A stretch of 64,000 nt of DNA from Squalus acanthias (GCA_030390025.1 CM059433.1:13890001-13954000); one strand, 5' to 3'. Positions 28,211 to 42,060 are shown, numbered from the stretch's first letter. Numbers and translations are program-made. The notes: generated by a model not told the origin, from the letters alone.

Positions 28211-29240
28211 CAAAGTACTTATTTAGTACCTCAGCCATACCCTCTGCCTCCACAATAAGATCTCCTTTTTGGTCCCTAATCGGCCTCACCCTTTTTTTGA
28301 TGACCCTTTCACTATTTATGTGTTTATAAAAAAACTTTTGGGTTCCCTTTTATGTTAGCCGCTAATCTATTCTCATACTCTCTCTTTACCCTTCTTATTT
28401 CCTTTTTTAAATCTCCTCTGTACTTTCTATATTCAGCTTGGTTCTCTACTGTATTATGAACCTCACAATTGCCATAAACCTCCTTTTACTGTTTCATTTT
28501 AATCTCTATATCTTCAGTTATCCAGGGAGCTCCAGCTTTGGAGGCCCTTCCTTTCCCGCTCATAGGAATGTGTCTGCTCTGTACCCAAAACATCTCCTCT
28601 TTGAAGGCCTCTCATTGTTCAATTACTGTTTTGCCTACCAATTTTTGATTCCAATCCACCTGGGCCAGATCCCTTTTCAACTCACTGAAGTTAGCCCTCC
28701 TCGAGTTAAGTATTTTTGTGCCTGATTGTAACTTGTCCTTTTCCATAACTATTCTAAACCTGATGATATTATGATCACTGTTCCCCAAATGCTCTCCCAC
28801 TGAAGCATGCTCCACTTTCCTCACTTCATTCCCCAGAACTAGATCCAGCAATGTTTCCTTACTCGTTGGGCTGGAAAGACAATGATCAAGAAAGTTCTCG
28901 TACGCATTTCAGGAATTTCTCCCCCTTTTTGCCCTTTACACTTTTACTATCCCAGTCTATATTAGAATATTTGATGACCCTATTAGCACTACACTGTAGT
29001 TCTTGCATCTTTCTGTAATTTACCTGCAAATTGTCTCCTCTGTCTCCTTCCCACTATTTGGTGGCCTATAGTACACACCCAGTAACACAATAGCTCCTCT
29101 ATTGTTCCTCAATTCTAACCAAATACACTTAGTCTTTGACCCCTCAACTACATCATCACTCTCCAGTGCTATAATAGTTTATTTGATCAATACTGCTACA
29201 CCCCACCCTCCTTTTGTCCCTATCTTTCCTGAATACCTTG

Positions 29241-30135
29241 GGGGAAAAATTTGGTTGCTTTGTGCCTCCCGTTAGTGCCCTAAGAGGGCACTAACATGGG
29301 GCGCAAAGCAACTAGCATCCGGGCATGGCGATGTTTGCGCCGCTCGTGAAATTGGCCAGACATTTTGCAGCGGTGCTAAACACTACCACCACGATCTCCT
29401 GCGCCCACAGATCATGACGTCAGTCAAGCGTGCAACGCCCCGGTAGCGCCCCGGACTGGATATTGAGTGGCGTCCCCTGCCTTACCGCCTGCCGCTAGCA
29501 ACAACAGGTTGAGGGGAGCGTTTTGCAGTCGGGAAGGGACTGGGGGAACGCTATTTAAAGGCGACCGCTTCCTGCCTTTTTTTGTCAGCGACATTTTTGC
29601 ACCACGCACTCTGAGAGAGAGAGAGAAGACTTCTGGAGAGATTCAATGCTGTGTGAAGGAGTTTTGGGTACAAAGCAGCACTTTGCAGGTTCATTTTGAT
29701 TTATCCTTCCTTGCATCGATTTAGAAGAGACTGTGGGGGCTGCACTCTGAGCTCTTTCACTGGGGCTCTCCATTGTTCTTTCCAGCAGATTTGATGTACA
29801 GGTCTCTCCAGACCGAGATTGAAGGCTGCAATGAGCAGGGTGTCGATGGAGAGCAAGATCGACCCTCCCCTTTAAGAACTGGCCGGTGCCAGTGTGTCTG
29901 TGTTCCATTGCTGACTGACATCACATGAGCTTCACCAGCGCTCTGAGGTAGCGCCTCGCTCCTCAGCGTTAGCGCCTTAAGAGAGGTGTGTAGCGCTTGA
30001 TTTAGCGCTCCAATCACCTCCAGGGGCGATAGAAGCCAAGTTTGCAGTCGGAGGCGTTAATTAGCGCCAGGCGCTAAACTTTGCGCCCGGCCGATAATTG
30101 CGCCCCAAACGGGGCGATACCGAATTTCTCTCCCC
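29241..30135. mobile_element. GC-rich MITE, family C, inserted in CR1
   Basis: GGGG..AAATT TIRs; TSD TTG. Removing it restores contiguous CR1 sequence. Confidence 0.88.
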
Positions 30136-32382
30136 TTGTATCTAGGAATATTAGGTTCCCAATCCTCCCCTTCTCTGAGCCAGATCTCTGTTATTGTCAC
30201 TATATCATAGTCCCATGTGGCGACTTCTGCCGGCAGTTCACCAACCTTATTTACCACGCTCCATGCATTTACGTACTCCAAAACCAACTTAGATTGCTTT
30301 GCATTTGCCTCCTGTCAGATCTCTTCTATTTCTGAACTGTTCTTTGCTCTCGTGCTATATGCCTCTCCCAGTCTTCTGTGCACCTTGATTCTCCTCTCTA
30401 TTGTTTCATCCTGGTGCCCATCCCCCATCCAAATTAGTTTAAACCCTCGCCCACATTACTAGTTAACCTTCCCACAAGGGCATTGGTCCCACCTCTGTTG
30501 AGGTGCAACCCGTCCATCTTGAACAGCTCCCTTCTGCCCAGGATTGGTCCCAATGCCCCAGGAATCTGAAGCTCTCCCTCCTGCACCATTTCTCCAGCCA
30601 TGTGTTAACCTGTTTTATTCTATTATTCCTATACTCACTGGTGCGTGGTACTGGGAGTAATCCAGAGATTACTACTTTTGAGGTCCTGCTTTTTAACTTC
30701 CTCCCTAGCTCCTGAAACTCTGACTGCAGGACCTCGACCATTTTCCTTCCTATGTCATTGGTTCCCACATGGTCCACAACTTCTGTCTGTTCCCCTTCCC
30801 CCTCAAAATGTTCGGCACCCTCTCAATAATGTCTTTTACCCTGGCATCAGGGAGGCAACACACCATGCAGGACTCAAGTCGGCGGTTGTAGAAACGCCTG
30901 TATAGCCCCCCTGACTGTCGAATCCCCTATGACCACTGCATTTCTACACTTTGCTGTGCCCCGCTGTGAAGTAATTTGTCCCACAGTGCTGTGCATGTGC
31001 TCTAGACTGCACTCCCCCAAGGTGTTGTCACCTTCACTGGTATTCAGCGCTGATAAACAGGTTTGAGAGTGCCACACTCCCGGAGGAGTATTATCCTGGT
31101 GTGGAAAAGAAAATGAGTATAAAAGTTGCAAGTACCATTGTGCTACATTAATGACGGAATATTTCACAATAATAATTAAGCCGTTTTAACACCTCAATCT
31201 ACATGTTCTCTTTCATTCAGATAAAGATTTTTTTAAACGGATGATTTTGCACAGTACAATTTCAGTAGCAGGAATAACAAAAAATCCCAATCATAATGCA
31301 GTTCTAAACAGCTAACAAACCGTTTAAGTAGCATCAATGTTGGAAAGTTTATTAATCCAGTTGTGGAGTGCACAATATTTGTGCTTAATGAAAACTGAGA
31401 ATATCCTGAACCATATCAGAAGGCACTGCATTTCCAGGCACACATCACTGCCTAGCAAAAGGCATCAGGTGTGAGTGTTCTTAGCTCTCATGATGAACAA
31501 TTCCCTCCTCCTATAATTCCCATAAACTCACTCCCTGAACAAAGTATTTCTTTATTAGTTTTAATACTGATTTTAGCACAATGTGAAGGTCATCCTTATC
31601 ATAAAGCTACATCACATTTGACAACCTATAAAAGTTTTACAAGTATTGTTGGAAATTATTTGACTCAGTCTATTATAACAGATCGTCCCCACATTCCCAT
31701 TCTAGTTCTTTCATCTGAGATCTTGATAAGAGTGTTTGCTGTACGTGTACTTTTCTCAATGCTGTAAAAAGATTTACCGAAGTTAATTAAATTTATTATG
31801 GCCTGCTTCAAAAATATTTACAACCAGGATATATTCAGAATTTTAATTAATCCAGTTCATATAGGTTGGTGAGGGGGCACAAGAAATGCAACATTCATTA
31901 CAAACTGCAGCTTCATAACTGTCTACTAACTATTTGCGTTGCTGACTAGCAATGACCAACTAATGACTATCCTCATTAGATAAGCAGTGGTCCTGAAATG
32001 CAACAGGAATTTCCTTGTCTCTCACTGTTTCTCCAGCAGGAGAACCAATGGCAAAGACCCAGCGTAACTGCAAAAATAATGTTCACACTTCTTTTGGTTT
32101 TAACACCTTAAATACAATTAAAGGAAAATTACAAATTAACATATAGAATGTGGAAGGAATGGACCAGATAGGCTTTTCTCATTCCAGGCTTCCTTGTGTT
32201 CTTACAGAATGGGTTTGATGGGCTGAGTTACCACACTTTTCTTTCAATCTCCTTCAGGAATAGACTTACTGAGCTGAGTGGCATTTTCTTCTATGAGCTT
32301 TCTCATGTTCTGAGACAGATTCAGAATTGCACGACGGGAGCTGGAAATGTGTATGATTCCCAACAGTGATAAAACTGTTGTT

Positions 32383-33515
32383 CATAAGAACATAAGAACA
32401 TGAGAACATCAGAATTAGGAGCAGGAGTCGGCCATACGGCCCCTCGAGCCTGTTCCGCCATTCAATAAGATCATGGCTGATCTTCGACCTCAACTCCACT
32501 TTCCCGCCTGAGCCCCATAGAGTCCTAAAACCTATCTATCTCAGTCTTGAATATACTCAACGATTCAGCATCCACAGCCCTCTGGGGTAGAGAATTCCAA
32601 AGATTCACAACCCTCTGAGTGAAGAAATTCCTCCTCATTTCAGTCATAAATGGCCAACCCCTTATCCTGAGACGATGCCCCTAGTCCTAGACTTTCCAGC
32701 CAGGGGAAACAACCTCTCAGCATCAACTCTGTCAATCCTCCTCAGAATCTTATATGTTTTAATGAGATCACCTCTCATTCTTCTAAACTCCAGAGAGTAG
32801 AGGCTCAATCTACTCAATCTCTCCTCATAGGACAACCTTCTCATCCCAGGGATCAATCTAGTAAATGTTCGTTACACCACCTCCAAGGCAAGTATGTCCT
32901 TTCTCAGATAAGGAGACCAAAACTGTAAACAGTACTCCATGTGCGGTCTCACCAAAGCCCTGTATAATTTTAGTAAGACTTCCTTACTCTTGTACTCCAA
33001 CCCCCTTTGCAATAAAGGCCAACATGCCATTTGCTTTCCTAATTGCTTGCTGTACCTGCATGCTAACTTTCTGTGTTTCCTGTACGAGGACACCTAGATC
33101 TCTCTGAACACCAACATTTAATAGTTTCACACCATTTAAAAAAAATTCTGTTTTTCTATTCTTCCTACCAAAGTGAATAACCTCACATTATACCCCATCT
33201 GTCACTTTATTGCCCACTCACTTAACCCTATATCCTATAACTATATCCCTTTGCAGGCTCTTTGTGTCCTCCTCACAACTTACTTTCCCACCTAGCTTTG
33301 CAGGTACAGCAAGCAATTAGGAAGGCAAATGGCATGTTGGCCTTTATTGCAAGGGGGTTGTATCATCAGCAAACTTGTATACATTGCACTTGGTCCCTTC
33401 ATCCAAGTCATTAATATAGATTGTAAATAGCTGAGGCCCAAGCACTAATCCTTGTGGCACCCCATTAGTTACAGCCTGCCAACTGGAAAATGACCGGTTT
33501 ATCCCTACTCTCTGT
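32383..33515 (-). mobile_element. CR1 3' fragment containing a 60-bp inverted insert
   Basis: RT C-terminal motifs; (TTCTTATG)n tail at 32383. Confidence 0.9.
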
Positions 33516-33910
33516 TCAAGGGCATATCAATACATGAATTGTTAGGACCATGGGTATGTCTTCATTTACTTGTGATTGAGACAGGTTTGAACCAGCTAAA
33601 GGCAAACCTAGGACTTATGTTAGAAAGTTCTTCATGCAAAGAATGACCAACAGTTGGAATGGACTTCAAGGTAATTATGTGCAAGCATGTATAAAGAATT
33701 GGTAGGATCTCAGTGGCAAATTGGAGATGGGGGAAGAGGGAAACATAGCTCATGCCAAAAAAAAATAGAGGGGAAGGAATTTGATCCTTTGATCATTCCC
33801 CAATGGTTACATCGATGGTGTTGGCAAAAACCCTGGATTCATTGAAGAATTAACCAGATACTATGATGGGGGACTTTCAGAACTTTTTGAATGGATGGGC
33901 TAAGATGGAA

Positions 33911-34450
33911 TTACATAGGATTACATAGGATATACGGTGCAGAAACAGGCCATTCGGCCCAACCAGTCCATGCCGGCGTTTATGCTCCACTCGAGCCTCC
34001 TCCCGTCTTTCCTCATCTAAATCTATCAGCATAACCCCCTACTCCCTTGTCCCTCATATAATGTCTAGCTTCCCCTTAAATGCATCTATACTATTCGCTT
34101 CAACCACTCCCTGTGGTAGCGAGTTCCACATTCTCACCACTCTCTGGGTAAAGAAGTTTCTTCTGAATTCCCTATTGAATTTCTTGGTGACTATCTTATA
34201 TCGATGGCCTCTAGTTATGCTCTTCCCCACAAGTGGAAACATTCTCTCTGGATCCACTCTATCAAAACCTTTCATAATTTTAAAGATCTCTATTAGGTCA
34301 CCCCTCAGCCTTCTTTTTTAAGGAGAAAAGAGACCCAGCCTGTTCATCCTTTCCTGATAGGTACACCCTCGCATTTCTGGTATCATCCTTGTAAATCTTC
34401 TCTGCACCCTCTCCAGTGCCTCTATATCCTTTCTATGATATGGCGACTAA
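33911..34450 (-). mobile_element. CR1 3' fragment (different subfamily, TCCTATGTAA tail)
   Basis: KGFDRVD...RRNFFTQRVVRMWNSLP. Confidence 0.88.
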
Positions 34451-34802
34451 TGAATAGCCTTCCTCATTTGTATCTATTTTGTGATCTTGTGATTTGTGAG
34501 GCATGACCTATTAGTTCCCAATCCATGCTGGATCCTCCATATGGTCTCTATGCCCTTTAGATGAAAGTTCCTGGAGTTCTAGAAATTTTATCAACTGCCA
34601 ATGTCAGAGTAACTGGTCTATAATTCTCGCTTTCATTTCCTACTCCATTTTTACACACAGTATGTTCCAGTTCACAGGCACAACTCCAGTTCTTATAGAA
34701 ATCCTAAAAATAATAATCAAAACTTATTTCCTGACTCATTTTGTTGAGTATTTCCGGTTGTATCCCATCTGGTCAAAGTTTTTAACTTTCATTTAGCGTT
34801 CT

Positions 34803-35279
34803 GTGTCAGCTGTGGCTCAATGGGTAGCACACTTGCCTCTGAGTCAGAAGATTGTGGGTTCAAGTCCCACTCCATGGACTTGAGCACAAAAATCTAGGCT
34901 GACACTCCCAGTGCAGTGCTGAGGGAGTGCTGCACTGTCAGAGGTGCCGTCTTTCGGATGAGACGTTAAACCGAGGCCCCGTCTGCTCTCTCAGGTGGAC
35001 GGAAAAGATCCAATGGCACTATTTCAAAGACGAGTATGGGAGTTATCCCCAGTGTCCTGGCCAATATTTATCCCTCAACCAACATAACCAAAACAAACAG
35101 ATTATCTCGTCATTATCACATTGTTGTTTGTGGGAGCTTGCTGTGCGCAGATTGGGCTGCTGCGTTTCCCACATTACAACTGTGACTACACTTCAAAAGT
35201 ACTTCATTGACTGTAAAGCGCTTTGAGATGTCCGGTAGTCGTGAAAGGCGCTATATAAATGCAAGTCTTTTTTTCTTTC
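34803..35279 (+). mobile_element. Full-length tRNA-derived SINE (DeuSINE/SacSINE1-like, L2-type tail)
   Basis: Pol III A box TGGCTCAATGG, B box GGTTCAAGTCC, body, tail AAAGGCGCTATATAAATGCAAG. The family name is from recollection. Confidence 0.85.
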
Positions 35280-36012
35280 TGAGTTTTTTCGTATACGTTT
35301 GACTGACCTTTACATCTGTTGTAGGTTCCAGAGCCAGTCTGACTGAGAGTACATGTGTCTCATTGTGAAGTGATAGGTAGGAAGATATACAGATGGGACA
35401 TGTGCATTGTTATACAGTGACAGATGGGAAACAATAGTGATGTGCTTAACCGCACAGTGACAGGCGCAAAGCTTCCGTTGATGGGTGGGAAGCCGCATGT
35501 ACATTACCTTGCAGCACAATGAGAGAGTGCATATGAATCACTGCACTGTGAGGGGCAGGAAGCTAATAGTGAAGACTCGAGCTATTCATGTGGAAAAAAA
35601 ATGATGCGATGCAGTTAGAAGATGCAATATTGATTTTGAATGCTATTTCCATTTGGAATCACTGACTCAAGCTATGAGCCCGATACTACATAAAGCCGTA
35701 ATTGTGCCTTCAGACGTCAAGCTACAGTTAAAATTAAAAATAAAACTTGGCACAGCACATTGGACGCAAACATAATTTGTAAAAATTACCGGTCACTCAG
35801 GCATACAAATGTTTATTTCTTCTGTGAGTTATTTTCTATCTATAGGCAACACAAGCTGTGGCACACAGGCCTGGTACAATCAGCTTTTCACACTTTACAG
35901 TCCAGTAACGGCATGGTCAGAGCCAGTGCCTGAGGCATCCAGTGAAGGAAAATAGCTTCACGGTTAGAATGTCTGCATCTGACTGAAGTGCTGTGCACGA
36001 AATCTGGCATTA

Positions 36013-36731
36013 TGGGCCGTAATTTGCGGCCCCTACGGGTGCGTACGAGGTGCGCACGCGCCCACAGGGGCGGCGCAAGTTCCAAGCGCTAAAACCCGGA
36101 ACTTGCGACCTGTCAAGGATTTTCTTGACAAATCGCACGCATCCTCGGGAAAAGGGCCTCCGCGGGCGGAGAGTTGGGCTACTTGCCCAACTTCTGCCCA
36201 GCGAATGCCCGTGAAATTCTTACGCTTGGTAAAATTCTTACGCTTGAGAACAGAAAAATAATTTTTTTTCAATAATTTATACATTTAAAAACCTGTACAA
36301 TAAGTTTATTTTTAGCTCCTTTAAAATATGTAAATTTATTTTTCAAATAATAACATTTTTGTTTTGAATATTTAATTAAATGCCATTTTGATTAATTTTA
36401 AATATGTGATTTTTTAAAATTTATTTGAAGTGTGCGTGTATTTTTGGGGGTATTCCCATTCATACTTATGATTATTCCGTACATAGGGAACCTCCATAAG
36501 CATGATGGGGATCCCCCTTTCTTTCATTGGTTGGGCCGGCCCACGTAATCCCAGGAGCCGCTTGCGAACTGCCTGCGCCCCCTGGGGTATGTGGGCCTCT
36601 ACGCAGGCCTTCGTATAGAGGCCCAGGAGCGCAAGTGTCCGAACCTCCAGGGCCATCAGGTAAGTTTGTCGATTTTTTGCTGGTCGGAGGCATCCGCCCG
36701 CGGGAAGCCACCGACCACCAATTCAGGGCCA
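36013..36731. mobile_element. MITE family D (GC-rich arms, AT-rich core)
   Basis: TGGGCC..AATT ends; TSD TTA. A partial copy starts at ~63829. Confidence 0.8.
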
Positions 36732-36747
36732 TTATTTTATATATTTA

Positions 36748-36957
36748 GAAACATAGAAACATAGAAAAATTGGAGCAGGAGTAGGTCATTCGGCCCTTCG
36801 AGCCTGCTCCGCCCTTCAATATGATCATGGCTGATCCTCTATCTCAATACCATATTCCCGCTCTCTCCCCATACCCCTTGATGCCTTTTGTGTCTAGAAA
36901 TCTATCTATCTCCTTCTTAAATATATTCAGTGACTTGGCCTCCACAGCCTTCTGTGG
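36748..36957 (-). mobile_element. Short CR1 3' end
   Basis: Near-identical to 12640-12840; (TTTCTATG)n tail. Confidence 0.88.
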
Positions 36958-37306
36958 CAATAAACGGTAATGATCAAAAACTGACACGTGGCTGCCGATT
37001 AATAATAATCAATTTATGCAGTTGTGCAGGAAGATATTTTTTTGCATGATGTGCGGAGTATTTGTAAAAGCATTCATAAATAACTAGTTTCTGATTCCAC
37101 TATGCACAAAGCATGGAAGAAAGCTCCCTTCGCTATTGTTAATTTGGTTTTAGGCATAAATAAATAGCAAAATATTGGCCAATTTAGTTCTGAAGCAGAG
37201 CATTTAATGACGTGCGCATGCAATTATCAAGAGAACGTCGTTGAAAAAGAACTCCACAAATTGGAACAGACTTACTTAACACTACATTAGAAACTCCTCC
37301 ATCTAT

Positions 37307-38348
37307 GGGTTAGATTTTAAATCCCTTCCAACCCACCTCCCCCCCACCCGCCAGCAGGAGTGGTGCAGGCGGAGATGTTAAGATGGAGGGGGTTCTCAAC
37401 GCATTCCAGCCCCCTGCCATTGTAACTTACCTGGGAACAGGCTCGGGAGGGCAATCCGCCCCTGGAAGGCGGGGGCCTACTTTACATTGACAAATCACGG
37501 CCCGATGAGGTAATCGGTGCTACAATGCCATTTTTCTACTCTTGGATTCGGGCAGCCCGCAGGGGACCAACTCCGACAGTTCAACCTTGACGGGAGCCTG
37601 TGGAGTAGCAGGAGAGGCCAACCTAAGTTTTTTTAAAGAAGTACTTCTATTTAGAATCCATGTGGAGCAGGAGTCCTCCTCCGGGCCCCACAGGGCTGGA
37701 CAGACTGCATGTAGGAGGATGTTTCCCCTGGCTGGGGGGTCACAGAACGAGGGGTCACGGCCTCAGGATACGGGGTAGGACATTTAGGACTGAGATGAGG
37801 AGAAATTTCTTCACTCAGAGGGTGGTGAACCTGTGGAATTCTCTACCACAGAAGGCTGAATATATTTAAGAAGGAGACAGATAGATTTCCAGACATAAAA
37901 GGCATCAAGGGGTATGGGGAGAGAGTGGGAATATGGTATTGAGATAAAGGATCAGCCATGATCATGTTGAATGGCGGAGTAGGCTTGAAGGGCCGAATGG
38001 CCTACTCCTGCTCCTATTTTTCTATGTTTTCTATGTTTAAGGAGTACTTGGGCCTCCCAAGCCTTGCCATGCCTCTCCCTCCCAAAGCTGGCATCCCCAG
38101 TGAAATCTGCTCCCCAGCATTAACTTCATGCCGGGGATGTTCCCTTGCACCCCCAGGGTCTTCGGGCTCCCAGCCTGATGTATTCTTCCGCTCGCTGGCC
38201 TAAAAGTCACTCGGTTTCGGGCAGGAGTTATTGAAATGAGGTCCGGGAATTAAAATGGCCCAGGCCTCACACTGAGCTCCCTGCAGGAGTTTTTCACCCA
38301 CCCCATAACCCCTGCCCGTCCCAAATGTGCCCCAGTTAAAATAGACCC
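37307..38348. mobile_element. MITE-like element
   Basis: GGGTTAGATTTTAA...TTAAAATAGACCC imperfect TIRs. Confidence 0.6.
37693..38037 (+). mobile_element. CR1 3' end inserted in a MITE-like element
   Basis: RTEMRRNFFTQRVVNLWNSLP; TTTCTATG tail. Confidence 0.88.
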
Positions 38349-39460
38349 TCATCAAGCTTTGTATCTTTAGGCAAACAGCAAAGAACTTTGCAGAACCTTT
38401 TCTTCAGAGGTTAAACAGGTGGAGTAGAGACCACACACCATACATTATACATGGTTTATTGGGCCAAATGGCCTTTTCATTCTATGCTTTCTTATGGGCA
38501 CTTATCAACCCAATGAGGAAAATGAAAGCATATGCAGAGTCTTGAACTGCTTAAGACCCAACAAGATAATATGGCATTCATGGGAGGGGCGGAAGGAGAA
38601 AAAATAAGCTGAAAAATCAGCAGACAATAACGATGCTTGTCTGTGCTTTACTGTTCTTTTTCTGTAAATCTATAAACTTTGTTTTGATGTTTCTGCCCGC
38701 CTCCATTTTTCACTTGCCTTTCTTCATTTCTCAACTCTGTCCCTGTTTGTCTCCCGCTCTGGCTCCATCACTCTCCCAGCTTTAATCCTTTCAAACTGTG
38801 CATTCCTTCCTTCGCCCACATTCCACAGACTATGGATCACCTTATCAATGAAAATGGATGCATAGTTGAAGTATCATCCTCTACCTCTCCTCACATCTTT
38901 ACTTCAAGATCCTCCTTGTCTATTGCACCTGAGGCTCTAAGCATCTTGCCCATTGAAATCTCCCTCCTGTCCAACCTCTGCCTTTGCATAGAGCGTCTCC
39001 TCATTCTCCGTGATTTCAATCTGCCCTTGAACGCACCCTCCCCTTTCCTCCACCGATCTCCTTGCCTTGCTCAACCTCACCTTCTATATCAGCTCTCCCA
39101 CTTACGCTCATGGTCAATCCTTAACTTTTTCTTCACACATGGTCTCAGCATCCCCGTGATCTCTATTGCTCCACTTTGTTATCTTCATTCTCCTGCACAT
39201 CCCCCTGCCCACCCCAACCTCTTTATCATCACATTCTGCCACTGAGAAAAACTCTCCTCAAACTCTGTAAGGCAGCACCCATTGCACGCACAATCTATGA
39301 AGTCAATTACCAGTTAGTCTGGGTTTCTTTTGGTAGCAATGCTTGAGGGAAGAAAGTTGACTGGGAGAACTCCATGCTCTTCTTCAAATAGTCCACAGGA
39401 CATTTAAAATTTGCCTGAACCAGCAGATGAGACCTCAGTTTAAGGTTTCATCTTAAAAAT

Positions 39461-39462
39461 GA

Positions 39463-39498
<36 letters not shown>

Positions 39499-39865
39499 CA
39501 GACAGACAGACAGACAGACTTACATTTATATAGCGCTTTTCACGACCACCGGACGTCCCAAAGCACTTTACAGCCAATGAAGTACTTTTTGAAGTGTAGT
39601 CACTGTTGTAATGTAGGAAACATGGCAGACAATTTGTGCACAGCAAACTCCCACAAACAGCAATGTGATAATGACCAGATAATCTGTTTTAGTGATGTTA
39701 ATTGAGGGATAAATATTGGCTAGGACACTGGGGGTAACTCCATTGCATCTCAATGGCACAGCCCTGGAGTATCAGTCTATAGTACATATTCAAGTCCGGA
39801 AGTGGGGACAGAACCCACAATTTACAACCTTGGAGTCAAGGGTGCTACTAACTGAGCCAAGCTGA
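39461..39865 (-). mobile_element. tRNA-SINE with (TTTC)n/(TGTC)n tail expansion
   Basis: Same body as 9505-9975; (GAAA)n(GACA)n at 39461-39518. Confidence 0.82.
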
Positions 39866-41605
39866 CAAATCAATACTGTACCAAATATCCTTTTACAGCT
39901 TTGCCAAACCCTTCCAATTTTGACATGAGAAGTACTTGGAGATTTTTTATAAGCAATTTTAGAGGTTTTCTGATGATCGTCTTTGAAGATAAGTTCAATT
40001 GCAAAAGAAGCCAGTGTAGTGAATCACCCTGTAATATTGCCTAGCCAGTTAAGAATCTACAAAAGGAACTCAATAAAGAAATTACATAGGCCATGAGGTT
40101 TCCTACTTACAGCAAATCAATTGAATTTCTGTCATATTGACATTACTACCCTCCATTTTCTGATGTACATTTTGTCATTAATAAAGAGGATTATTCTGTA
40201 AGTGAGCCTTCATTTTATCATTACAAGTCAGCCCTGAACAATGCTGGAGAATAGAGGCAGCTCTTCCCTCCTAATAAGTTTATTTAGATATGGTGCTAGC
40301 TATCAATGTCCATCTCCTGATTTTGTACCCAGGTGGCTCTGAATAAATCAAAAATTCAAAGGAATTGATGAGCTGACACAACTCTATCAACTACTGTTAA
40401 ATGAATAACAAGAAGCTATTCTGGACCAGTTTAGAGACACCAAATGCCTAGATTTTCCATTATCTGTGCAGTTTAGATCAGAACGACTGCATAAATGGTT
40501 TTAGACAAATGGAAAATTGCTCTTTGCGCCCAGTTTTCCAATGGTTAGCTTATATGCATAGCTTCAGAAGCAGGAGCACACTAGTGACGGGAGCAGAAAA
40601 TTACAAAGGGTAAATAAAAGTTAGAGGGACAAGGACAATTAAAGGGATTCTTAGAATAGGGGACAAAATTCAAAAAATCTTTGGAAGGATTCATAAGGCA
40701 TCTCAACCCACTGGCAAAAGCCAAAGAGGGAGGAGAGTAAGAAGTGACAGGCAAAAATGGAGAGAATGGAAAATTCAAGGTGCAGGAACAAGTCTGGAGG
40801 AGAATGACAGAGCAGCCCAGCCACTGATCCCGTTGGTCGGCTGTTAAAGTGGAGGCGATGAGGGCAGCACTGAATGCCACCCCGTGGTATCATCTCCATC
40901 GGTCAACATGACAGCGTGCCTGCAAGGAAGTGGAGCCAAGTTTCAATCTATAGCTCACCATTTTCTTCAACTGACTATGCCAGCCCAGTATTGCATGGTA
41001 GTGTCTCAGGGATAAGTATTCAAATTAATTATGAGAAAATAAAATAAGCACTGTGCTGAGGTTCCTGGGGACAGTCTCAGAAGCTATCAACAGCTCTTTG
41101 GACGACCTGGGAGAGAAATCCTTCAGGCAGATAGCCCACGAGATTCCAAAGAAGATGGAGACAAAAATCCACAGGAACTTCACTGAAATGTAATGGCACT
41201 CGACAAATTGGCACATAAACAGGCCAGCATGGTTCGCGCAAAGTCTAACCAACAGCTGTCAGCTTCAAAGATTCCGATAGGGCCTCCACTGGGACAGAAC
41301 TCCAGTGGAGCATTATTAACATGCACGTGACCATTAGTATGCTTCCCACCATGCTCCCACCCCCTCACCCCCAATTCCAGGGTCAGTCTCATTAACATTC
41401 TGTGGTTGAGCTCCTTGTCGTAGTTTAGAGAAGCATTGTTGCTTTCAACAACAAGAATCATCGAGGTATAGTAAATGACAGAGAAATCATCATCAAGTTG
41501 TTCTGGTCACAGGCCACCAGATTTTCAAATGGCGCTATAGGGATCTCTTAAGTAAATATGCTGGAGAATGTAGGCACTCTTTCATACGGATGGCTGGCAG
41601 GTCAC

Positions 41606-42060
41606 AACAACAACAATAACAACTTATATTTACATAGTGCCTGTAGTGTAATAAAATGTCCCGAGGCACTTCAGAGGAACATTATTAAAAAAGAACAAAA
41701 TTTGACACCGAGCCATATAAGGAGATGTTAGGGCAGATGACCAAAAGCTTGGTTAAAGAGGTAGGGGTTAAGGAGCGTCTTAAAGGAGGAAGGAGAAGTG
41801 GAGAGGTGGAGAGATTTAGGGAGGGAATTCCAGAGCTTAGGACCTAGGCAGCTGAAGGCACATCCGCCAATGGTGGATCAGTTAAAATCGTGGATGTTCA
41901 AAAGACCAGAATAGGTGGAGTGCAGAGGTCTAGTGGGATTATAGGGCTGAAGGGGATTGCAGAGATAAGGAAGGGCGAGGCCATAAAGGGATTTGAAAAC
42001 AAGGATGAGAATTTTCAAATCGAGGCATTGCTTAACTGGGAGCCAACGTAGGTCAGCAAG
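41606..42060 (-). mobile_element. L2-type LINE 3' end
   Basis: Reverse complement encodes L2-like RT C-terminus and ends in a (TTG)n tail. Splits the fossil Myb exon. Confidence 0.75.

Larger units (their letters stand above)
26304..31040 (-). mobile_element. Long decayed CR1 LINE including ORF1 esterase (SGNH-like) region
   Basis: ORF1 motifs VVIGDS and HVGTNDIG (30463-30930); ORF2 SDH, DFQKAFDKVPH, KFTDD, LEYCVQFW. Interrupted by a solo LTR and a MITE. Confidence 0.9.

Noticed and set aside
32266..32345. Possible minus-strand exon (tttccAG...GTAAGT)
   Set aside because: Splice-like signals, but no frame resembles SNTG2 or another protein I recognise.
34803..34875. tRNA gene
   Set aside because: The A/B boxes continue into a SINE body and tail that occur several times in the window.
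41030..41195. Protein-like plus-strand stretch (STVLRFLGTVSEAINSSLDDLGEK...)
   Set aside because: No clear start or splice context and no recognisable family.
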